A DNA stretch of 64,000 nt from a virus (IMGVR_UViG_3300011862_000001:32001-96000), one strand, 5' to 3'. Numbered from the stretch's first letter, positions 18,566 through 25,649 are shown. Numbers and translations are program-made. Notes: generated by a model not told the origin, from the letters alone.

Positions 18566-18613
18566 GATTAGACTATTAATCTTAAACCCTATTGATTATC
18601 AAGGAGTAATATC

Positions 18614-18796
18614 ATGTCTACTTTACAACACAGCTACCAACCTTTGGCAGACGATTCTGATATCAGCAAAACCATCATGCAAATCCAGGCTAACCTTGAC
18701 GAGCGTCAACGTCTGGTGAAAGAGATGATGGCAGCCAAGGTTGCCGGTGACGAAATCAAAGCAGCTGAGCTGCGTCGTCATCTGTTTGCGCGTTAA
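18614..18796 (+). CDS. Small hypothetical helical protein
   Basis: 60 aa with AAGGAG RBS, downstream of a class-1 promoter. Confidence 0.7.
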   Translation: MSTLQHSYQPLADDSDISKTIMQIQANLDERQRLVKEMMAAKVAGDEIKAAELRRHLFAR

Positions 18797-18852
18797 GCGT
18801 AAACCCTATAATACCAATTAACCTTAATTATCAGACTATCAAGGATTAACTC

Positions 18853-19494
18853 ATGACTCACTTTATTGCTGTAGAATCCATTCGTGACCACAAACTGTCT
18901 GCGGCTCTGATGGCGGACCTGCCAAACCTTATCCAGGCAGAGAACCTTTTGATGTACACCCCGTACACGCAGTACGCGCTGTTTGAAGACGGCGTCGTCA
19001 CTGAATGCGTGATGGTGATTGAAGAAAACGAAGTGGCCAGTATCCCGTATTTCCACCACGCCTTACTCGGCGATATCGAAGCGCTGGTTCGCCACTATCA
19101 CAAGGGTGTGCGTTACGTTAACGTCTACGCCAGTCACATTGGTGACCTCGGTAACGGTTGGGAAGTGGTGGCCGCCAATTTCAAAACCCGTATCGCTGCC
19201 AAAACCAAACACTACACGCTGGCTGACACCGAGCACCCGCAGGTGAAAGTCTGTCACACTGATATGGGTTCCGTGGTGGCCACGGTGCTTGAGAACGTGA
19301 TGTGTGTGGCGATGTCGACTGAACCGTTCACCGTTGAAACGCAAAAAGCGATTGATGCCGCAGCCGGGGTGGCGGCCTCTGAGGACAAACCGTTCACCGT
19401 CCAGGCGTACTCCACCGTGTGGCAAAACGCGTTTATGGAAAACCCGAACTACGTGTTCACCAACTGCACGGTCAGCAAAGACCTGCGCGCTTAA
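18853..19494 (+). CDS. Hypothetical protein
   Basis: 213 aa with a GACTATCAAGGA leader. Confidence 0.75.
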   Translation: MTHFIAVESIRDHKLSAALMADLPNLIQAENLLMYTPYTQYALFEDGVVTECVMVIEENEVASIPYFHHALLGDIEALVRHYHKGVRYVNVYASHIGDLGNGWEVVAANFKTRIAAKTKHYTLADTEHPQVKVCHTDMGSVVATVLENVMCVAMSTEPFTVETQKAIDAAAGVAASEDKPFTVQAYSTVWQNAFMENPNYVFTNCTVSKDLRA

Positions 19495-19551
19495 TTGACT
19501 AATCACGGGGAGCCTGCGCTCCCTGTCTTTTTTTGACCTTCGAGGATTATC

Positions 19552-20094
19552 ATGTTTATACTTCAAAAACACCACGACATTGTCACTAACCCGGCTTACC
19601 GTGATTGTACCGATGCCAAAGAATTCTTAGCACCGGTCAGTATCGCGCATCTCAATTACTTGAAAAAGCTGACGTACCTCGCGACGTTCGAAGACGGCAA
19701 ACCTGTCCACGTTCAGAAGCTGACTGCGGTTGAGAATACGGTGTATCTCTACGTCGATAAACTGACACCGAAGTTACTCAATGAACTGCGCATGGTGGTA
19801 CGTCCCGCAACACTTACCTATCCGGGGGCGTTCTTTGCGGTGTGTGAGCCGGAAGGACGTGACCCGTCGATGGAAGCAGTCACATTCGGTTTCACGGTGC
19901 CGCCAGAGCTGCGGTCTATCGAGAAACTGGCCCCGTTAATTGGTCACCCGAACGCGCAAATTATTCTCGAGGGGATAGCCTCGGTCACTAATCCGCAACA
20001 CGAATACGTGATGAACTGGAAGGGTGACGAAGAGATGGCGGAATACTTCCAACAACACGGTTTGAAATTCGTCAGTGCGTTTTACGCGCTGTAA
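19552..20094 (+). CDS. Hypothetical protein, paralog of 17951-18487
   Basis: 180 aa with GAGGA RBS; shares motifs with the 17951 gene. Confidence 0.75.
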   Translation: MFILQKHHDIVTNPAYRDCTDAKEFLAPVSIAHLNYLKKLTYLATFEDGKPVHVQKLTAVENTVYLYVDKLTPKLLNELRMVVRPATLTYPGAFFAVCEPEGRDPSMEAVTFGFTVPPELRSIEKLAPLIGHPNAQIILEGIASVTNPQHEYVMNWKGDEEMAEYFQQHGLKFVSAFYAL

Positions 20095-20100
20095 TAAATC

Positions 20101-20128
20101 GGGGAGCTTCGGCTCCCTGTTTTTTTTT
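20101..20128 (+). terminator. Intrinsic terminator
   Basis: GGGAGC-TTCG-GCTCCC followed by a T run. Confidence 0.8.
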
Positions 20129-20349
20129 GTTTCAACCCGCATCACTGCTCATTTTTTGACCACTTTCTGTACACATTTTAACCAGTGAAAATAAGCAGCC
20201 AAAACGCGCTTTACAGCGGTCGTAACCGAACCCGGTACACTTGGGTTCCTTTCCCTAAATAACGTCTCCTGGGTACCGCTGCGTTCGAATTTGACGGTGT
20301 CCCGACCCCGACTTGCGACCCCCTCGTCATCGACTGGCGACCGCCACGC

Positions 20350-20780
20350 CGATCAAACGTTGGGTACCGCTTCGCGGAACTGGGGATCTAAAACAGGGAA
20401 ATCTTGACAAACGAATCTTCGTGAGTTTGTCTGATTTGGTTGTTTTTTAACCAATAACCCCTAGCCAGCCTCCAGCTGGCTTAATTTACCCTTTTAAAAA
20501 TTTTCTTTTTAAAAAACAAAGACTTACAACCGATCTTACCCCTCCCCTCAGGGGGAGGGTAAAAAACTCTTCTATTAGTCGCGTGCGCGTGCGCACGCCA
20601 TTTCCTACAGGATCTTTTAAAAGAATTATATTATTATAATTATATATATCCCGTAGGGATATAATTATAAATATAAATATATATAACTCTTCGAGTTTAA
20701 ATATACTAACGCGCGTGATCCTTATTAAGAGATCGGATCTCGGATCGGCAGGTTGACCACCCCGATCGGGGGGGGGGGAA
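20350..20780. other. Candidate replication origin or other cis-acting region
   Basis: Non-coding; very AT-rich core at 20613-20710 with an inverted repeat; nine GATC sites, several palindromes and a G11 run. Confidence 0.35.
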
Positions 20781-20782
20781 GT

Positions 20783-20811
20783 CCAATTACAGGTTTACCC
20801 AGTAGTATGCT
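20783..20811 (+). promoter_or_regulatory. Class-2 promoter, duplicate of the promoter upstream of tRNA-Trp
   Basis: CCAATTACAGGTTTACCCAGTAGTATGCT matches 21951-21979 at 25 of 29 positions. Confidence 0.65.
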
Positions 20812-21070
20812 CGAAGGCACATGCACCACGTTGCCATCATCCAATCTCCCGGTTGACATCGGGCCGGGAGACTTTTTCGAGTCCGACTCACGCAGGGTGA
20901 GACGCGCTTACTGGCCAGTTGTGGTACAGGACCCGCAGTGCTGATCCCGCTGCGGGGATTTTTTCCCCAGGCGCTCATCCTGTTCAGGAATTGCTGTGTG
21001 TAGTTCGCCCCGTTCCTACCGGGGCGCTTTTTCGAGAGTCTTCCCCGAGGGTTGTCGACAAAGCGAAAAA
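20809..21070 (+). ncRNA. Putative structured non-coding RNA A
   Basis: Starts at the TATG of a class-2 promoter; no credible ORF; consecutive hairpins (CTCGAAGG/TTTTCGAG, TCTCCCGG/CCGGGAGA, CTCAC/GTGAG, CGCCCCG/CGGGGCG). Confidence 0.45.
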
Positions 21071-21109
21071 CCGTTCAGCCTAACACTCAACGTGATTTTG
21101 TTTTAGTAT

Positions 21110-21410
21110 GTCCAGAGATTCAGGTTCCCGCCGGGCTTTCACCCCGGTCGGTACCGCGGTAGCCTCAGGGGCGTTCTGCCCCGCCGGACCGTCATCCGTC
21201 GCCATGGCCATGAACTTACGCGTGGCCCACGTCGGTTGGATGCTCCTGAGGCGCGACCGAATTCGGCGTTGCGTCGAAACGTTCCCTGCGTGGAGACACC
21301 GCAGGGGTGGGATTGTCCCGAAGGGGGTGATTGGTTGTTTATCTTGGCGGCTCGGAAAGACGAGAGGGGGATGCCTGCACGCTGTGAAGCAGTTCGGGCA
21401 CCGCTGTCGA
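21110..21410 (+). ncRNA. Putative structured non-coding RNA B
   Basis: Starts at AGTATG (21105-21110); GC-rich; long-range pairing GGTCG..GCCTCAGG / CCTGAGGC..CGACC and a CCCTGCG/CGCAGGG hairpin; ends at the next promoter. Confidence 0.45.
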
Positions 21411-21412
21411 TA

Positions 21413-21439
21413 TTTTTTACAGATTCCCCAGTTCATGTG
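21413..21439 (+). promoter_or_regulatory. Class-2 promoter
   Basis: TTTTTTACAGATTCCCCAGTTCATGTG; same spacing as, and similar spacer to, 20783 and 21951. Confidence 0.6.
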
Positions 21440-21464
21440 TTCAAACCCAGCGAGGAATTTCAGC

Positions 21465-21965
21465 GTGACCACGATTGCATTCGACGGTAATACTCTGGCG
21501 GCGGACAGCCAGACAACCCAAGAGAACATTCGCCTCTCGAACTCTGCGGTAAAAATCTTCACCCGCGTCGCGCAGTCTGATGACTGGGCAATCGAGGGGA
21601 AACGCATCACCGCGTTTGGGGTGGCGGGTAACCTACACGCAGCCAACGATTTGCGCAGAGCGATGGAAACGTTTGCTGGCCACAAAGCCGGTGACCCGTT
21701 CGCCAAAGGCATCACCTTCGCGTTCATCGCGATTGCTGAAGACCGTACCGTGTTTGTTGGCGGGAAGTATTCTGACGATGACCGTTCGTGGGTCGTCGAA
21801 GCACAGGCACCGGTTGCTGTTGGTAGCGGTGGGGATTTCGCCATGGGTGCCATGGCCGCTGGGGCTACAGCCGAACAGGCTGTGGAGATTGCTGCTCGGT
21901 TCGATGTGAATACCGGCGGCCTTGTCCAGGCGATTAACCTCGCCAAAAGCCCAATTACAGATTAA
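21465..21965 (+). CDS. HslV/proteasome beta-type Ntn peptidase
   Basis: GTG start after GAGGA gives M-TTIAFDGNTLAADSQ...K-IF...VGSGG..AMGAM...AARFD..TGG, the N-terminal-Thr protease pattern. Confidence 0.85.
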   Translation: MTTIAFDGNTLAADSQTTQENIRLSNSAVKIFTRVAQSDDWAIEGKRITAFGVAGNLHAANDLRRAMETFAGHKAGDPFAKGITFAFIAIAEDRTVFVGGKYSDDDRSWVVEAQAPVAVGSGGDFAMGAMAAGATAEQAVEIAARFDVNTGGLVQAINLAKSPITD

Positions 21966-21979
21966 CCCAGTGCTATGCT
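21951..21979 (+). promoter_or_regulatory. Class-2 promoter of the tRNA cluster
   Basis: CCAATTAC-N15-TATG, about 37 nt upstream of tRNA-Trp. Confidence 0.65.
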
Positions 21980-22013
21980 GAGAGGCGCACGTCGGTTTCT
22001 CTGAAAGAATTCT

Positions 22014-22089
22014 AGGGAAGTAGCTCAGCAGGCAGAGCGCTGATCTCCAAAATCAGATGCCACAGGTTCGATTCCTGTCTTCCCTGCCA
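22014..22089 (+). tRNA. trnW: tRNA-Trp (CCA)
   Basis: 76-nt cloverleaf: AGGGAAG/CTTCCCT acceptor, CTGAT-CTCCAAA-ATCAG anticodon arm, GGTTCGATTCC T arm, encoded CCA. Confidence 0.95.
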
Positions 22090-22182
22090 ATTTCCAATAG
22101 CTCGATGACCCGGTTATCCATCTGGCCCGAGCGAATCAACACCGCATAGCCGCAAGGCGTGAGTGATGGATTGGGAAAAGCA

Positions 22183-22302
22183 ATGGCAAAAGTAAAAATT
22201 ATCACGGGGCGTAATGGCGTGCAGTACGCCGAACGCAATGGGGTGGTTTGTCGTTTAGACTTACCAGCTCCTAAACCAAAAAAGAATTTAGCCAGCAAGT
22301 AA
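22183..22302 (+). CDS. Small basic hypothetical protein (39 aa)
   Basis: MAKVKIITGRNGVQYAERNGVVCRLDLPAPKPKKNLASK after GGGA; below the ORF-track length cutoff. Confidence 0.4.
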   Translation: MAKVKIITGRNGVQYAERNGVVCRLDLPAPKPKKNLASK

Positions 22303-22348
22303 GCGAGTTACCGCGGAAGGCCAATTAGCCAATCAGCGGAGAACGCCC

Positions 22349-22570
22349 ATGAACTTGTATTTGCTAGAACGAACGGATGATGTTGGTCACGACGAATTTG
22401 ATTCCATAGTCGTTGCAGCTCCTACGGAGCACGCCGCGTGTGCAATTCGTCCACGAGGTGGATGGGTGCCAGACAACCAAGCCGAAGACGGGGTTACCCT
22501 GAGGATAGCGTTGATAGGCACTACCCACCTACCCGCCGGCATCGTCCACACATCGTTCAACGCAGGCTGA
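22349..22570 (+). CDS. Small hypothetical protein
   Basis: 73 aa with GGAG RBS; MNLYLL...DS-x-VVAA...SFNAG is a pattern seen in small phage proteins. Confidence 0.7.
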   Translation: MNLYLLERTDDVGHDEFDSIVVAAPTEHAACAIRPRGGWVPDNQAEDGVTLRIALIGTTHLPAGIVHTSFNAG

Positions 22571-22599
22571 ATAATCGGTGGGCTTCGGCCCACCACCCT

Positions 22600-22675
22600 G
22601 GGGCAATGGCTCGAGCGGTTAGGCGACGAATTGCAAATTCGGATAAGGTCGGTTCAAATCCGGCTTGCCCCTCCA
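22600..22675 (+). tRNA. trnC: tRNA-Cys (GCA)
   Basis: GGGGCAA/TTGCCCC acceptor, U discriminator, TT-GCA-AA loop, GGTTCAAATCC T arm, encoded CCA. Confidence 0.93.
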
Positions 22676-23318
22676 AATACACCAACAGGAATATTTCGAT
22701 ATTCGTGTTGAAGCTGACTGTCACTTGCTCACAAGTGTATACCCATAGGCGTCGGGGCTGGTATCCCCGCTGCCACGGTAATAGCGAAGACCTATCGCAT
22801 ACCCCTAAGTCGATAGTAGCCGGTTACACAAAAGACCACCCTAGGGTGGGTAGCTGACCGTGAACAAACTTACTCGATAACTTAAGAGAGTTGTTATATG
22901 CAAGGATGGAGAGTAGCACTGGGGGAAATGATGGCGACCTTACGCTATTTCATTGCCCACGCGCACCTCTGGTCACTTGCCCATTATCGGCTTACAGGCG
23001 GTGGGAGTTCCCGTGAGGGTTCCCGACACAGACAACTTCCTGCGTGGAACTATTTGTCCGTATCGGACAGGCCAGCACCGGACTGCTAATCCGTCTCGCT
23101 AACGCCTGTAATACTACAATCTGAAATCTGATTGGGATTAAGTTCCCAGAAGTGAACGGGTGGCAGACGCCACCGTAGGCGCGGTACCTCATACGGCCGG
23201 TACGCCGCAAAAGCAAGACGGATAGGGGATGGTGCTTGGAGAGGTTCAGACCAGCGTATCGTTGGCTCAACTGAAGAAGTCCATCATCCCCGTTTCCTAC
23301 AACGTATGTGAGGCGTGT

Positions 23319-23645
23319 ATGGAACAATACCGCGAAGGGCCGAAAAGCACCGTGACGCACCAGTGTCACGACTATAACGTCGATGATTTACTGGACGTCG
23401 TTGCCACACACCGTCTCGTCCAGATTCCTCTTTCCAAGGTGGAGTGGATTCTGGAGGAAACTCAGGTGGAACCTGAGCGGGTGGAGTCTGCGGATATTGA
23501 TTATCCGATTATCGTACTCCACCAACGTAATCAGTATATTGTATTGGATGGTGCCCATCGACTTACCAAAGCCAAACGCTTAGGGGAAAAGACGATTGCG
23601 GCCAAGGTCATAGTTCCGGCAGAGTTACCGAAACCGGTACGCTAA
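23319..23645 (+). CDS. ParB/sulfiredoxin N-terminal-domain protein
   Basis: YPIIV...VLDGAHRL motif; ATG at 23319 follows GAGG (alternative start at 23229). Confidence 0.75.
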   Translation: MEQYREGPKSTVTHQCHDYNVDDLLDVVATHRLVQIPLSKVEWILEETQVEPERVESADIDYPIIVLHQRNQYIVLDGAHRLTKAKRLGEKTIAAKVIVPAELPKPVR

Positions 23646-23660
23646 CGCTACGAGGTTATC

Positions 23661-23837
23661 ATGCCAACAGTTCATCTTCCTAAAGATTTGAATGAGAAGC
23701 TCGACGACCTGTACGTTCGTCTGGTGACTGAAAGTCAGCAGAAGTTAAAACGCACACGCGTGGTTGAAATCGCATTTGCGAAAGGCATTGACAATGTCAC
23801 TGTCGCCGATGTGATACGCAAAGATTTGGAGAATTAA
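23661..23837 (+). CDS. Ribbon-helix-helix-like small protein (58 aa)
   Basis: MPTVHLPKDLNEKLDDL...KRTRVVEIAF; GAGGT RBS; not in the ORF track. Confidence 0.55.
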   Translation: MPTVHLPKDLNEKLDDLYVRLVTESQQKLKRTRVVEIAFAKGIDNVTVADVIRKDLEN

Positions 23838-23875
23838 CCGAGTGGCCGAAAGTGCTCCGGTCGATTCGTTTCAAT

Positions 23876-23972
23876 GAACGATGAAGTTAGAGGCATAAAC
23901 ACCCGACTCATAATCGGACAGCGGTTTACCTGGCAGGTACTCCTTCGCAGTTTCGAATCCTGTCATCGTTCG
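23876..23972 (+). pseudogene. Degenerate tRNA-like element with CAT anticodon and a long variable region
   Basis: GAACGATG/CATCGTTC acceptor-like stem, CCGA-CTCATAA-TCGG arm and TTCGAATCC T loop; T-stem mismatch; no CCA. Confidence 0.55.
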
Positions 23973-23984
23973 ATCTAATTAAAC

Positions 23985-24007
23985 TCAGATATATTTTACC
24001 TAAATGA
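23985..24007 (+). promoter_or_regulatory. Class-1-like promoter
   Basis: TCAGATATATTTTACCT..ATGA upstream of the HNH gene. Confidence 0.5.
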
Positions 24008-24034
24008 ATCAGTAAATATATTTGAGAGGTAATA

Positions 24035-24574
24035 ATGAAAACATTTTCTTTACCACCTGGCGACTGGGTGCCTGCACCTGATGCCCCCGACCTGTTTATG
24101 GTCTCGAGGAAAGGTGAGCTTTATTCCCTTCGTTCTAATCGCATCGTTTCTCAAAATGTGATAGGCAATGGGTATCTTGCCCACGTCACGAAAGTAGGTG
24201 GGAGGAAAGGGACTAATCTTGTGCTTAAAACGCACATACAGGTGGCCAAAGCTTTTCATCCCAACCCTGAGAACAAACCGGAAGTTAATCACAAAAACGG
24301 TATCAAGACTTGTAATGAGGATTGGAACGTTGAGTGGTCTACGCGGCAAGAGAATATTGACCATGCGGTTGAAACTGGTCTTTTTTCATGCATATCTTCC
24401 CATTCCGGCACAAAGCTTCCGAGAATGTCCGGCGAGCAAATTCGCGAGCTGTTAGAAAATCCAGCTGGCAGCGTCAGGGATTGTGCGAAAGAATATAATG
24501 TGGACCGTAAAACTATTCAGAACATACGGAAAAATCCTGCGCATTATCTCGCCATGACTCTTACAAAGAAGTAA
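24035..24574 (+). CDS. Free-standing HNH homing endonuclease with C-terminal HTH
   Basis: H..VAKAF.PNP..KPEVNHKNGIKTCN...NVEWSTRQENIDHA; lower GC than neighbours. Confidence 0.88.
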   Translation: MKTFSLPPGDWVPAPDAPDLFMVSRKGELYSLRSNRIVSQNVIGNGYLAHVTKVGGRKGTNLVLKTHIQVAKAFHPNPENKPEVNHKNGIKTCNEDWNVEWSTRQENIDHAVETGLFSCISSHSGTKLPRMSGEQIRELLENPAGSVRDCAKEYNVDRKTIQNIRKNPAHYLAMTLTKK

Positions 24575-24591
24575 TCGTTCGCCCTTATTCT

Positions 24592-24667
24592 TGGTGATTA
24601 GTTCAGTCGGTAGAACAGTGGACTGTTAATCCATACGTCACAGGTTCGATTCCTGTATCACCAGCCA
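24592..24667 (+). tRNA. trnN: tRNA-Asn (GTT)
   Basis: TGGTGAT/ATCACCA acceptor, TGGA-CTGTTAA-TCCA anticodon arm, GGTTCGATTCC T arm, encoded CCA. Confidence 0.95.
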
Positions 24668-24967
24668 TATTTTGCACTGCCCCTTATCCCGAAAGGCATT
24701 CCGAAAAATATCATTCATGGTCGGGGGTAGTGCAGAACCAAATCCCAGCTTTTGCACCTCAAACCGCCTACCTGCATGGGCTCCTCAGGGTGCGAGGGCT
24801 GGGTCCAAATACAGGCCGGGAGCCAATTGGGTTTTTAGTGCTATTATGCCGTCGAACCATCACGGCTTCCGGTCTGTGCCAACTTTGCTGGTTAACAGTA
24901 AAGCCCTTGCGGGGGATAAGCCGCTAACAACAACAATAGAAACAGAAACAGTAATAAGGTAGTCAAC

Positions 24968-25447
24968 ATGTATACAGTGATGCGTATTGTAGGGGGCAAC
25001 CGCTCGCCTATCGACCTGGAAGAGTACACGCTGGGTGACCACAACTCACAGGTGTTTGCGGAAGCGATGCGTTATGCCAAAGAATCGGATGTTTATCAGC
25101 AAGTGTCCCTGGCGGACGCCTCGCAACTGATAAAGGCGCAGAAAGAGTTTGAGTCTGTTGAGTGCGAGAACGCTGCGAACTACTGCCAAGAGATAAGCTG
25201 TGTGGAGTTAGAGCTTCACCATCCGTCTACTGGCTTGCCACCGAGCGAAATGGTGTGCATGGGCACCCGTTCAGGTTCTCGTGCGTTAGAAGACGCTATC
25301 GGTGTGTTGGCGTACGAACTGCCAGACGTAACAGACCCTGATGACCCTGGCTATATGTGCCAGACATCACGTTGGGAATTCATCTATCCGGGCGATTCTG
25401 TCTTTGTGACGAACCGCTTTGGTAAGACCGTGGATTCTCTGCGCTAA
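24968..25447 (+). CDS. Hypothetical protein
   Basis: 159 aa with AAGGT RBS; C-terminal YPGDSVFVTNRFGKTV. Confidence 0.7.
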   Translation: MYTVMRIVGGNRSPIDLEEYTLGDHNSQVFAEAMRYAKESDVYQQVSLADASQLIKAQKEFESVECENAANYCQEISCVELELHHPSTGLPPSEMVCMGTRSGSRALEDAIGVLAYELPDVTDPDDPGYMCQTSRWEFIYPGDSVFVTNRFGKTVDSLR

Positions 25448-25540
25448 CCATATTAGCATGCTCGCTAATGGCTACTCTGGGATTGACCCTCCCGTGCCTG
25501 AAGAGTAGTAGATGTACCTTTGTAAAAGCCACACCAGCTC

Positions 25541-25583
25541 GGTATTACCCACCCTTCGGGGTGGGTAATACCTTATATTTTTT
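25541..25583 (+). terminator. Intrinsic terminator
   Basis: GGTATTACCCACCC-TTCG-GGGTGGGTAATACC followed by a T-rich tail. Confidence 0.85.
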
Positions 25584-25606
25584 CAGATATATATTACCTA
25601 GGTGAC
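25581..25606 (+). promoter_or_regulatory. Class-1 promoter
   Basis: TTTCAGATATATATTACCTAGGTGAC. Confidence 0.75.
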
Positions 25607-25649
25607 ATTGACGTACTAATCTTTTTCACTGACTATCAAGGAAACTATC

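Noticed and set aside
20200-20285. Loose resemblance between this intergenic stretch and 28481-28560
   Set aside because: Similarity too weak to support by eye; it needs an alignment.
20809-21410. Identification of the structured RNAs as tmRNA, RNase P RNA or a group I/II intron
   Set aside because: I found no tRNA-like ends with CCA, no GAGGAAAGUCC-type motif, no P/Q/R/S elements and no domain V.
21108-21464. N-terminal 119 codons of the 285-aa ORF, and the 288-aa antisense ORF 21080-21946
   Set aside because: An Ntn peptidase needs Thr at its N-terminus, and GTG 21465 has an RBS and a promoter. The upstream part looks like structured RNA.
22438-23089. ORFs 22438-22857 and 22898-23089 across the tRNA-Cys region
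   Set aside because: They overlap a tRNA or hairpin-rich sequence and lack convincing RBS or protein-like composition.
23075-23095. Complete tRNA-Ser(GCT)
   Set aside because: Only an anticodon-like arm is present; no T arm, acceptor stem or CCA. Reported as a structured element instead.
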